Source of the DNA: an uncultured Chloroflexia bacterium
GTDB lineage: Bacteria; Chloroflexota; Anaerolineae; Anaerolineales; E44-bin32
Length of the DNA stretch: 64,000 bases
Reading direction: 5' to 3'
Assembly: GCA_963777165.1 (NCBI GenBank)
Contig: CAVZPO010000023.1
Coordinates: forward strand, 558,278 to 622,277
A program made the translations under genes and the position numbers. Below, in pieces: positions 26,946-35,522 of the stretch. The notes beneath the pieces are model-generated. The model was not told the DNA's origin. It saw only the letters and a list, made by a program, of their open reading frames with translations, and made no database searches. Position 1 is the first letter of the stretch. The number at the start of each line of letters is the position of its first letter.

Positions 26946-28340
26946 TCAGGCAATCACGAGCTGCTGCGCATTCACCCGCTGCTGAAAAAGGGAAAGCACC
27001 TTGGCCGCCGCGCCGCTGGCCTGTGCGACCGTCTCCGGGATGTCCTTCGGCCCGAGCGCCGCGCCCGCCAGGAACACCCCTTCGGCCCCGCACTCGACCG
27101 GCGCCATCTCTTCATCGCCCGGAATCAGGAAGCCATTGCTGTCGACGCCCACGCCGAACAGATCGGCGACGGCGGCCGTGCTGGTGCGCGGCACGAATGC
27201 CGTTGCCAGGACCACCAGGTCGGCGGGGATCTCGACCGCCCGGTGGCTCAGCGTGTCGGCCCCCATGACCATCAGCTTGCCGTCCTGGGCGTAGATCTTG
27301 CTCACCTTACCGCGCAGGTAGATGACCCCGTGTTCCTCCTGCGCCCGGGTCACGAACTCCTCGTACCCTTTGCCTCCCGCGCGTACGTCGATGTAGAAGA
27401 CGTACGCCTGCCCCTCCGGTACCCGGTGTTTGTACAGCATCGCCTGCTTGGCCACATACAGGCAGCAGATCTTCGAACAATACGGCACGCCCCGCTCCGG
27501 ATCACGCGAGCCGCTGCACTGCACGAAGACGACCTGCTGGGGCACTGCCCCGTCCGACGGACGCAGGACCTTGCCGGCCGTTGGACCGCTCGCCGCCAGC
27601 AGGCGTTCGAACGCCAGCCCGTCTACGACGTCCTGCAGTTCCCCGCCGCCGTACTCGGGCAGTCGCTCCATTGGCAGCAAGTCGTAGCCGGTCGCCATGA
27701 CGATCGCCCCCACCTCTTCCTCGACGACCGTGTCCTGCTGCTCCCAGTCGATGGCGCCCGTCGGACAGAGTTTGGCGCACGCACCGCACTTGGGCGTCGC
27801 CGGGTTTCCCTGCTTGTCAACCGAAGGCGCACGTCCGGCCTCGATGTCCCACTTGCTCTGCAGGTAGCGGCAGTGCTCGGCATCGATCACCGGCTTGTTG
27901 GGCACCGCCTGCGGCGACAGGGTGTAGATGACCTTTCGCTTTCCGATCCCGCGCTCAAAGTTCGACTCGACCTTGAACGGGCATTTCTCCTGACAGACGC
28001 CGCAGCCGGTGCACTTCTCCCAGTCTACATAGGCCGCCCGGCGCCGAACCCGCACTGTGTAGTTGCCCGAGGCTTCCCTTCGGACCAACTCGATTTCGCT
28101 GTGTGTGTGGAGCCGGATGTTCTCGTGGTGACCGACCTCGACCGTCCTGGGGGTCATGATGCACTGCGAGCAGTCGAGCGTCGGGAAGGTCTCGGAGAGC
28201 TGGGCCATGTGGCCCCCGATCGAGGGCTCGCGCTCGACCAACACCACCGGAAAGCCGCTGTTGGCAATGTCGAGCGCGGCGGTGATCCCGCCAATTCCCG
28301 CGCCGACCACCAGGGCCGTGGTGCAGGCCGAGTTGCTCAT
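26946..28340 (-). CDS. HdrA/QmoA-like flavoprotein (FAD domain with inserted 2x[4Fe-4S] ferredoxin; no N-terminal Cys domain and no C-terminal ferredoxin)
   Basis: The ATG at 28340 overlaps the hdrB stop (ATGA). ALVVGAGIGGITAALD, TFPTLDCSQCIMTP, CTGCGVCQEKCP, CGACAKLCP, VQCSGSRDPERGVPYCSKICC, VFYIDVRAGGKGYEEF, GPKDIPETVAQASG. Confidence 0.8.
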   Translation of the reverse strand: MSNSACTTALVVGAGIGGITAALDIANSGFPVVLVEREPSIGGHMAQLSETFPTLDCSQCIMTPRTVEVGHHENIRLHTHSEIELVRREASGNYTVRVRRRAAYVDWEKCTGCGVCQEKCPFKVESNFERGIGKRKVIYTLSPQAVPNKPVIDAEHCRYLQSKWDIEAGRAPSVDKQGNPATPKCGACAKLCPTGAIDWEQQDTVVEEEVGAIVMATGYDLLPMERLPEYGGGELQDVVDGLAFERLLAASGPTAGKVLRPSDGAVPQQVVFVQCSGSRDPERGVPYCSKICCLYVAKQAMLYKHRVPEGQAYVFYIDVRAGGKGYEEFVTRAQEEHGVIYLRGKVSKIYAQDGKLMVMGADTLSHRAVEIPADLVVLATAFVPRTSTAAVADLFGVGVDSNGFLIPGDEEMAPVECGAEGVFLAGAALGPKDIPETVAQASGAAAKVLSLFQQRVNAQQLVIA

Positions 28341-29182
28341 GCGGCGGCCTGGAGCGGCAATGCAGGGCCGGCGTGCTCCGCCAGGCCGAAGGCGGCCGCC
28401 ATCACTTGAGTGAAATATGCCACCGGCAGCTGTTCCGCCGGCGGCTTTCCCTCCTGAGCCCGATCGAGATTGAACTTGCACAGCGGACAGGCCGTGACCA
28501 CGATCGTGGCGCCGGCGGCGCGCGCCGATTCGATCACCGCCGCCGACAGCCGCTGGTTGGCATCGGGGGCCGAGACAAGCAGCGTTGAACCACAGCACTC
28601 CGCCTGCCGGGCGAAGCCGACCGGCTCGGCACCCACGGATTGCAGTAGATCGTGCAGCACCCGCGGCGCCTCGGGCTTGTCGAACTCCATCTCGGCCTCA
28701 GGCCGCAGCAGCAGGCACCCGTAGTACGGCGCCGCCCGCAGTCCCTGAAGGGGCGCCACCACGCGTCGGCGCACGACCTCCCAGCCGAGGTCGTCGCGCA
28801 GGATGCCGAGCAAGTGGCGAACGTGCACCCGTCCGTCGTAGTCCCCTTCGGTCACGAAGGCATTCAGGCGATCGGCGGCCTCCGGGTGCGTCCGCAGGAA
28901 ATAGTCCGATCTCTTCAGGGCGTGAAAGCACACGGCGCACAACGTCGCCATGTCTCGCCCGGACTCCTGGGCAGCGATCAGCGCCCGCGCCGGGGCGATG
29001 AAGTTCATCACGTTCTCGGCGCTGAGCGGGAAGGATGCGCCGCAGCAGTTCCAGCCCGGCACTTCCCGCAGCTCGAGGTCCAACGCCGCCGCCACGGCTC
29101 TGCCGGAGGCATCGTAGTCGACCGCGGTCGTCGCCAGCGTGCAGCCGGGGAAGTAGGAGTAGAGCCGCTCGGCCGAGGTCAT
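28337..29182 (-). CDS. hdrB: HdrB-like subunit (two CCG domains), copy 1
   Basis: YFPGCTL, GWNCCGASF, YYGCLLL, AECCGS, TACPLCKFN. Confidence 0.85.
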   Translation of the reverse strand: MTSAERLYSYFPGCTLATTAVDYDASGRAVAAALDLELREVPGWNCCGASFPLSAENVMNFIAPARALIAAQESGRDMATLCAVCFHALKRSDYFLRTHPEAADRLNAFVTEGDYDGRVHVRHLLGILRDDLGWEVVRRRVVAPLQGLRAAPYYGCLLLRPEAEMEFDKPEAPRVLHDLLQSVGAEPVGFARQAECCGSTLLVSAPDANQRLSAAVIESARAAGATIVVTACPLCKFNLDRAQEGKPPAEQLPVAYFTQVMAAAFGLAEHAGPALPLQAAA

Positions 29183-29583
29183 CGCTCGCCTCTCCGCAGG
29201 GCGGCGATGACGGCCATTTGCGGTGCGGAGGCCAGGAGCGCGCCGTCCACCCGTCCCGCCAGGACGCGAGAGTCACCGCGCCGCAGGGCGATCTGGCGCA
29301 CGGCTTCCATGACCCGCGGCAGGTCGACCCCTTTCGGACAACGCGACTGGCACATCAGGCATGAGGCGCACATCCAGGGGGTCTGTGAATCGATGACCGT
29401 CTCCAGGCCGAGTTGAGCGAGCCGGATGATCTGGTTCGGAAGCAGGTCCATCTCCTCGACCAGCGGGCAGCCGGCGGAGCACCGGCCGCACTGATTGCAT
29501 TTCAGGAGGTTCTGCTCGGAGATCGCCTCGATCTCACGCACGAAGGGGCCGTGCAGCGCCGCCGGGTCGAGGGTTACGCGCAT
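29179..29583 (-). CDS. hdrC: HdrC-like subunit (2x[4Fe-4S]), copy 1; first gene of the long minus-strand operon
   Basis: ATG at 29583. CNQCGRCSAGCP and CASCLMCQSRCP. The stop overlaps the hdrB start. The upstream part of the track ORF lacks protein-like composition. Confidence 0.75.
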   Translation of the reverse strand: MRVTLDPAALHGPFVREIEAISEQNLLKCNQCGRCSAGCPLVEEMDLLPNQIIRLAQLGLETVIDSQTPWMCASCLMCQSRCPKGVDLPRVMEAVRQIALRRGDSRVLAGRVDGALLASAPQMAVIAALRRGER

Positions 29584-29780
29584 CGGGGCACCCCCCGGGT
29601 CTCGGCCCGGGGACGGCACGGATTGGCCGGGGAGAAGAAGCCGAGCGGAATGGGCCGTCTCTCGTCGAGGCTCACACCATGCGTCCCCATTTCGCATGGT
29701 CGACGGGTGCCGGGCACCGCGGCCAGAGAGAGTGACCCGGAGATCGCATGACCGATCGGCCTTCCGCACTGAGGGAGCAC

Positions 29781-29931
29781 GCTAGCACCTCGCGGAAATG
29801 GTTAACCCAGTCTAGCGGCGACCGTCCGGCGTCGTCATCCACCCTTGGCCTGAGATTGCCAGCGACGGTGGCCGACAGGCTCAAGTGTCTAGCATGTTGA
29901 GTATTTCGGTCTAGCTCATCGGGTTTCTAGC
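29781..29931. promoter_or_regulatory. Cluster of five (G/T)CTAGC hexamers in the divergent intergenic region; three lie in a locally AT-richer patch
   Basis: GCTAGC at 29781-29786. TCTAGC at 29811-29816, 29888-29893, 29910-29915 and 29926-29931; three of these are GTCTAGC. The cluster lies 200-350 nt upstream of hdrC (29583) and 260-400 nt upstream of the BNR gene (30188). A function as operator sites is inferred only. Confidence 0.3.
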
Positions 29932-30105
29932 CTTTTCGGCTTCAGCGCCGCGTTCAGGGCGTGTTCGCACGATCCCGGGTCGCTCCCACTTCATGGTCGC
30001 CCCGCAGGCATAGGTGCACCGCAATGGCACATGCCCCTCCGCGGCCGTGCACCTTCCGGGTCAGGTCCCACGAACAGGTGATTCCCGTTCTCGGTTGCAA
30101 TAGGA

Positions 30106-30111
30106 TATAAT
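30106..30111 (+). promoter_or_regulatory. Candidate -10 box (TATAAT) for the BNR/MoaD-like operon
   Basis: Exact TATAAT 77 nt upstream of the GTG at 30188, in an otherwise GC-rich context. No good -35 at 17 nt (TTCCCG at best). Confidence 0.3.
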
Positions 30112-30187
30112 CCGTCCGGTTTGGCCCCCTTGGAGAGTCGAGTCTTGGACATCGGGGCACAGCGCGAAGCACTGGAAGGAGCGAAAC

Positions 30188-31303
30188 GTGAGCGGGATCC
30201 GTGTACTCGTCGGCACACACAAGGGCGCGTTCATTCTCACCTCGGACGGGAAGCGCAAGGAGTGGGACGTCAGCGGACCGCACTTTGCCGGATGGGAGAT
30301 CTACCACCTCAAGGGGTCGCCGGCCGACCCGAACCGCATCTACGCCTCGCAGACCAGCGGCTGGTTCGGGCAGGTGGTGCAGAGATCCAGCGACGGCGGC
30401 GCGACCTGGGAGCCGGTGGGAAACAAGTTCGCCTACGACGGCACCCCCGGGACGCATCAGTGGTACGACGGGACACAGCATCCCTGGGAGTTCAAGCGCG
30501 TCTGGCACCTGGAGCCTTCGCTGACCGATCCGCAGACGGTGTTTGCCGGCGTCGAGGACGCCGCCCTGTTCCGGTCGGCCGACGGCGGGCAGGCCTGGGA
30601 GGAGCTTCCGGCTCTCCGTGCGGCCAAAGGCAATCTGTGGTCGCCCGGCGCGGGCGGCATGGGCCTCCACACCATCGTGCTCGACCCGCGGAACTCGGGG
30701 CGGATGTTCATCGCCATTTCGGCAGCCGGCGTCTTCCGCACGGATGACTCTGGCCAGACGTGGCGCCCGACCAACAACGGACTGAAGTCGGCGCAGGAAA
30801 TTCCCGACGCAGACGCGGAGGTCGGCCACTGCGTGCACCGGATCGCGATGCACCCGTCGCGCCCGGACGTCCTGTTCATGCAGAAGCACTGGGACGTGAT
30901 GCGAACGGACGATGCCGGCGGGACCTGGCGCGAGGTGAGCGGAAACCTTCCGACCGACTTCGGATTCGTCATCGACGTCCACGCCCACGAGCCCGAGACG
31001 ATCTACGTCGTCCCGATCACGAGCGACTCGGAGCACTATCCGCCCGAGGGAAAACTGCGCGTCTACCGCAGCCGGTCCGGCGGCGACGAGTGGGAACCGC
31101 TCTCGAAGGGCCTGCCGCAACGCGACTGCTACGTCAACGTGCTGCGCGATGCGATGGCCGTGGATTCGCTTGACCCGTGCGGCGTGTACTTCGGGACCAC
31201 CGGCGGCCAGGTGTATGCCTCCGCCAACGCGGGCGACGCGTGGAGCCCCATCGTGCGAGACCTGCCGGCAGTTCTCTCGGTCGAGGTGCAGACCCTGCCA
31301 TGA
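30188..31303 (+). CDS. BNR/Asp-box repeat beta-propeller protein (sialidase-fold / Ycf48-like family)
   Basis: Repeated S.DGG.TW-type Asp-boxes: [57 protein letters not shown] start preceded by GGAAGGAG. Confidence 0.7.
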   Translation: MSGIRVLVGTHKGAFILTSDGKRKEWDVSGPHFAGWEIYHLKGSPADPNRIYASQTSGWFGQVVQRSSDGGATWEPVGNKFAYDGTPGTHQWYDGTQHPWEFKRVWHLEPSLTDPQTVFAGVEDAALFRSADGGQAWEELPALRAAKGNLWSPGAGGMGLHTIVLDPRNSGRMFIAISAAGVFRTDDSGQTWRPTNNGLKSAQEIPDADAEVGHCVHRIAMHPSRPDVLFMQKHWDVMRTDDAGGTWREVSGNLPTDFGFVIDVHAHEPETIYVVPITSDSEHYPPEGKLRVYRSRSGGDEWEPLSKGLPQRDCYVNVLRDAMAVDSLDPCGVYFGTTGGQVYASANAGDAWSPIVRDLPAVLSVEVQTLP

Positions 31304-31596
31304 TCCGCATCACCCTACCGGCGCACTTGCGGACGCTGGCCCGCATCCAGGGCGAGGTCCGGCTCGAAGTCGGAGGGGCGGTCACGCAGCGTTCGATCCT
31401 CGACGCGCTCGAGGCGGCGTATCCCGTGCTGCAGGGAACGATTCGCGACCAAGTGACCCACCAGCGGCGCGACTTCCTGCGGTTCTTCGCCTGCAAGCAG
31501 GACTATTCGCTCGAAGCTCCGGACGATCCGCTTCCCGACGAGATTGCACACGGCACGGAGCCCTTCCGCATCATCGGGGCGATGGCCGGGGGCTAA
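31300..31596 (+). CDS. MoaD/ThiS-family ubiquitin-like small protein ending in Gly-Gly
   Basis: The ATG at 31300 overlaps the upstream stop (ATGA). 98 aa, with a C-terminus ...[10 protein letters not shown] followed by a stop, the hallmark of sulfur-carrier / ubiquitin-like beta-grasp proteins. Confidence 0.65.
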   Translation: MIRITLPAHLRTLARIQGEVRLEVGGAVTQRSILDALEAAYPVLQGTIRDQVTHQRRDFLRFFACKQDYSLEAPDDPLPDEIAHGTEPFRIIGAMAGG

Positions 31597-31684
31597 GCAG
31601 AGGCGCCGCCGAGTATTTGTATCCGGCGGTAAGGGTCGGTCTGAACGCCATGCTTTGGGATGAAACCGAAGTGGAGGTCACACC

Positions 31685-32125
31685 ATGAGAGTGATGGTCA
31701 TCATGAAAGCGGACCAGGACACTGAGGCAGGCGTGCTGCCCGACGAGAGGCTCCTGACCGCGATGGGCGAATTCAATGAGGAACTGGTCCAGGCCGGCGT
31801 CATGCTCGCCGGCGAGGGATTGCACCCAAGTTCGAAAGGTGCGCGCCTCCGCCTTGAGGGCGCTGAGCGAACCGTGATCCGAGGTCCCTTCCCTCGGGCG
31901 AACGACCTGGTCGCCGGGTTCTGGATGTGGAAGGTGGCCTCACTGGACGAGGCGATCGATTGGGCCAAGCGCATTCCCAACCCGGACGGCGCCGAGGCGC
32001 AGGTCGAGCTTCGCCCGGTCTTCGAGGCGGAGGACTTCGGCACCGAGTTCACCCCCGAGCTCCAGGAGCAGGAAGCGCGACAGAGGGCCCGGGCGGAACA
32101 GCTCAACCAGCGCCCCGGGCGCTAG
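31685..32125 (+). CDS. YciI-family (DGPF-domain) protein
   Basis: MRVMVIMKADQDTEAG..P......AMGEFNEELV.AGV.L.GEGL.PS..G.R......VI.GPF....DLVAGFWMW.V.S..EAIDWA. RBS GGAGG about 6 nt upstream. Confidence 0.7.
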   Translation: MRVMVIMKADQDTEAGVLPDERLLTAMGEFNEELVQAGVMLAGEGLHPSSKGARLRLEGAERTVIRGPFPRANDLVAGFWMWKVASLDEAIDWAKRIPNPDGAEAQVELRPVFEAEDFGTEFTPELQEQEARQRARAEQLNQRPGR

Positions 32126-32146
32126 GCGCGAGACGTCTGTGAGGCC

Positions 32147-32570
32147 ATGGTGCGATTCCAGCTATTGATGATCCCGAAAGGCTACGAGAGGGCCACGCCG
32201 GGCACCCTGCCAGATGCCAAGTCCGTCCAGGCGATGATGAAGTACAACGAGTCCCTGCAGCGTGCCGGCGTGGTGCTGTCGCTCGAAGGGCTGCACCGCC
32301 CTCGATGGGCGCGCGTGTCTCCTTCTCCGCGGGCAAACCGAAGGTCATCGAAGCCCCATTCCCCGGCGTCAGCGAAGTGCTCCGCGGGTATTGGATGATT
32401 CAGGTCGGTTCGAAGGCAGACGCCGTCGAGTGGGCTCCCCGCTGACCGGCCTCGATGGAGCGCTCATCGAGATTCACCAGGTCCAGGAACACGCCGACTT
32501 CCCCGCGGATACCCAGCGGGCCACAGCGGCGTTCACAGACCTGAGAGCGAAGCCGAAGGGCGGCCAGTAG
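32147..32570 (+). pseudogene. Second YciI-family gene, interrupted by two frame changes
   Basis: Three frames together give a full YciI-like protein. Frame 2 reads MVRFQLLMIPKGYE...VLSLEGLH. Frame 1 reads PPSMGARVSFSAGKPKVIEAPFPGVSEVLRGYWMIQVGSKADAVEWA. Frame 3 reads ...DGALIEIHQVQEHADFPAD...KPKGGQ*. The first break is a missing C at about 32296 (CACCG instead of CACCCG). The second is within 32431-32445. Confidence 0.7.
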
Positions 32571-32861
32571 CCCGCGCCAACCCACTGGGCACTTCTGGCG
32601 CGGCTACCTCCCAAGCACTCGGATCACAGGCTTCCCGCGCGCAAAGCGTGTAATCCTTCCTATTCCCCAAGGCTTAGGAACAGACTCCCCCACTCCCCGG
32701 CCGCGCCAGGACGGCCGCGGCACACGGCTTCGTGTCCGCTGGCCTCGTTCCCGTTTTGCCCTGCCCGCAAACTCGAACGGCGCGAGAATCCTCCGACTGT
32801 GCTCAACGTCGCCCGGGGATCGCGAGGGCCCTGGCGGCAGCCGACGGAAGGGGATTGTGGC

Positions 32862-33504
32862 ATGCTCGTGCGCGACGTGATGACCGTCGACCCGATCACG
32901 ATCCGTCCGCAGGGCGACCCGCGCGCCGCACTGGGGCTGTGCAAATCGGGGCGGTTCCGGCGGCTCCCGGTCGTCGATGGCGAAGGGCAGGTCGTCGGCA
33001 TAGTGACCCGGGGCATGCTGGAGCGGTTCCTCGCCACCGCCCCCCCGCCCAGCATTCAAGCCCGCCAGCACGCCATCTCGCAGGTCATGGCAGCGCCGGT
33101 CATCACCGTATCTCCCGACGACCCCATGGAGGAAGCGGCGCGCCTGATGGTCGCCCAACAGATCGGCTCCCTCCCCGTCGTGGACCAGGGCCGGCTGGTC
33201 GGAATCGTCACCGAAACGGACATCTTCAAGGAGTTCGCCGAGATCCTGGGCGGACAGACTGCCGCGTTGCGGATGACGGTCGTCGTCCCGGACGTCCCCG
33301 GGTCGCTGGCGCGACGTCGTCAACGCCGTCGCCGGCCTGCACGGCAACATCCGCTCGGCGATCATCCTGCCGTGCGAGGATCTCGGTTGTCGTGCCGTGA
33401 CGCTGTGGATCGAAGGTTCGACCCGGGAGCGACTGACGGAAGCCGTAGCCGCGCTCGAGGGCGTCAGGCTCACCCGCCTGTGGAGCCCTCCGCCCGCAGG
33501 CTAG
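32862..33504 (+). pseudogene. CBS-pair protein with a C-terminal ACT-like domain, one frame change near 33312-33315
   Basis: The ATG at 32862 follows GGAAGGGG. Two CBS motifs are present (VRDVMTVDPITI... and [12 protein letters not shown]...GIVTETDIF). After ...[11 protein letters not shown] the protein continues in the +1 frame as [50 protein letters not shown]... to the TAG at 33502-33504. Confidence 0.7.
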
Positions 33505-33597
33505 CCTCGCAGCAACGCCGCTCCTCCTGCCGCACGTGAGGCGTCCCGGCTCACGAAAGGCGAGTGCGAGTCAATCGGCGGCCGTTGCCCCTGGGAC

Positions 33598-34254
33598 TCA
33601 GGCAGTGATGATCCCCTTCTGAAATGCGTACTTCACGAGTTCGGTTCGATCGTGCAGATCGAGCTTCTGCATCAGATGCAGGCGGTGGGTCTTGACCGTC
33701 TTGATGCTCAGCTTCAACATCTCGGCAATCTGGCGATTGGTGAAGCCCTCGGCTACCAGCTGCAGGACCTCGCGCTCGCGGATGGTCAGGTCGTCATACG
33801 GATCATGCGTCCGCTCGGCCTCCAGGCTGTTTAAGTACATGCTGGTAAGCGTCCTGGTCATCAAGGGCGAGAAGAACGGCTCCCCGCGTGCCACTTGCCG
33901 GATGGCGAGCACCAGTTCGCGTCCGGCGGAGTCTTTGAGGACGTAACCCGAGGCACCTGCGGCCAGCACCTGCGCCAGGTATTCATCGTTTTGATGCATG
34001 GTCAAGATCAGCACGCGTGACTCCGGCACCTCGCGGCGAATGTGCTTTGTCGCTTCCAGACCGCTGAGCAATGGCATGCCGATGTCCATGATGACGATGT
34101 CCGGTCGCAACGCCCGCGCCTGCTCCAACGCCTGGCGCCCGTTCTCCGCCTCTCCTACGACTTGAAGGTCGGTCTCGTCGCTCAAGAGCGCGCGGATGCC
34201 ATCGCGCAGGATGGCGTGATCGTCGGCCAACAAGATGCGGATCGGCCTAGCCAC
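33598..34254 (-). CDS. NarL/LuxR-family response regulator
   Basis: Receiver domain (ILLADDHAILRDG...DIVIMDIGMP) plus a C-terminal LuxR HTH (LTIREREVLQLVAEGFTNRQIAEMLKLSIKTVKTHR). Confidence 0.9.
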   Translation of the reverse strand: MARPIRILLADDHAILRDGIRALLSDETDLQVVGEAENGRQALEQARALRPDIVIMDIGMPLLSGLEATKHIRREVPESRVLILTMHQNDEYLAQVLAAGASGYVLKDSAGRELVLAIRQVARGEPFFSPLMTRTLTSMYLNSLEAERTHDPYDDLTIREREVLQLVAEGFTNRQIAEMLKLSIKTVKTHRLHLMQKLDLHDRTELVKYAFQKGIITA

Positions 34255-35308
34255 GCGGCCCCTCGAGGGCTTGCAGGGGAATGGCTACGCGCACGCGTGT
34301 CCCTTCGCCGGGTGTTGACTCTACGCTGGCCACCCCGCCCAGCGCCGCCGCCCGCTCGCGGATTCCGAACAAGCCCATGTGCTGCCGCCCGTCCGGCGGC
34401 GGCGGCAGCACGGCGTCGAACCCGACGCCGTCGTCATCCACTTCGAGCTCCAGGTCCTCGCGGCACGCGAGTCGGATGCGCACCTGGCCGGCGTCGGCAT
34501 GGTTGAGGACGTTGCTGATCGCCTCCTGGGCGATCCGGAACACGGCCGTCTCGACCGACGCGGGCAATCGCGGCAGGTTGGCATCCGCCTCGACCGTAAC
34601 GTCGATCCCCTCCGGCTCGAGCCGGTCCGAGGCATACCATCGGATCGCCGGAGCCAGCCCCAGATCATCGAGCACCAGGGGGCGCAAATCGGCCACGACG
34701 GCGCGCAGGTCATCCAGAGCACGCCGGGTCAGCCCTCGTGCGGCCCGAAGGCGATCCTTCAAGTGCGGCAGGTCGTCCGGGATGGCCGAGTCAATTCGCT
34801 CCAGAGCGATCAGCAGGCTGGCCAGCGACTGGCTGGTCTCATCGTGCAGCTCACCGGCGATGCGCTTGCGTTCCTCTTCCTGGGCTGAGATGACCTCCAG
34901 CGACAGCGCACGCAGGCTCCGCCGATTCGCCTCGATCGTCGCCGCATGCACGGCCAGCCGGTCGAGCATCGTGTTCAGCGCCAGAGTCAGTCGGTCAAGA
35001 TCCGGGTCGTTGCCCGGAATCACCGGCAGGGGAGCACCCGAGAGATCATCGTGGATCCGGCCGACGGCCCGGGTGAGCTCCGAAAGCGGGCGCAGAGTCC
35101 GGCGCAGCACGATGTAGTTGATCAGCAGGCTGAGCGCCACCCCCAGCGCGGCGAAACCCAATACCAGGCCGAGCGTCGACTCATCGGGCAGCGATTTGGT
35201 CACCAGGGTCCCGGCGACGGCGCCCAGCAGCACCACCACGGCATTTGCCGCCAGGATGCGGGTGAGCAGCGGAGGGCGCCAAGCGCGAATTGGTTTTGGC
35301 TCAGACAC
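34247..35308 (-). CDS. Sensor histidine kinase (HisKA_3/NarX-DesK type) with two N-terminal TM helices
   Basis: H-box IAGELHDETSQSL and an HATPase_c region (NVLNHA..., DDDGVGF, GLFGIRERA). The GTG at 35308 lies 7 nt after GGGGGAGG. The track start at 35476 is an alternative. The stop overlaps the regulator gene. Confidence 0.8.
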   Translation of the reverse strand: MSEPKPIRAWRPPLLTRILAANAVVVLLGAVAGTLVTKSLPDESTLGLVLGFAALGVALSLLINYIVLRRTLRPLSELTRAVGRIHDDLSGAPLPVIPGNDPDLDRLTLALNTMLDRLAVHAATIEANRRSLRALSLEVISAQEEERKRIAGELHDETSQSLASLLIALERIDSAIPDDLPHLKDRLRAARGLTRRALDDLRAVVADLRPLVLDDLGLAPAIRWYASDRLEPEGIDVTVEADANLPRLPASVETAVFRIAQEAISNVLNHADAGQVRIRLACREDLELEVDDDGVGFDAVLPPPPDGRQHMGLFGIRERAAALGGVASVESTPGEGTRVRVAIPLQALEGPRG

Positions 35309-35522
35309 CGGCGCGCCTCCCCCACTGCGGAACCGATGCTCCCGCGGGCACCGCGCTGCGTTTCGGGCCGTATGGGACTTGGCGGTCGTCGCCCCGAAGA
35401 CTGGCAGAAGGTGCAGGCCCCACCCTGGCATGCACCGTTGCTCATGCTCGACCTTATGGATCCCCACTCGGACCACAACGGCACCGACGGCTCAAAGCAT
35501 GCGGGCAAACTGGCGGACTCGT

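Noticed and set aside
25200-28340. Reading the QmoA/QmoB-like genes as evidence for dissimilatory sulfate reduction.
   Set aside because: No aprBA, sat, dsrAB or qmoC-type membrane subunit is present in the window. HdrA-like pairs with hdrCB occur in many non-sulfate-reducing anaerobes.
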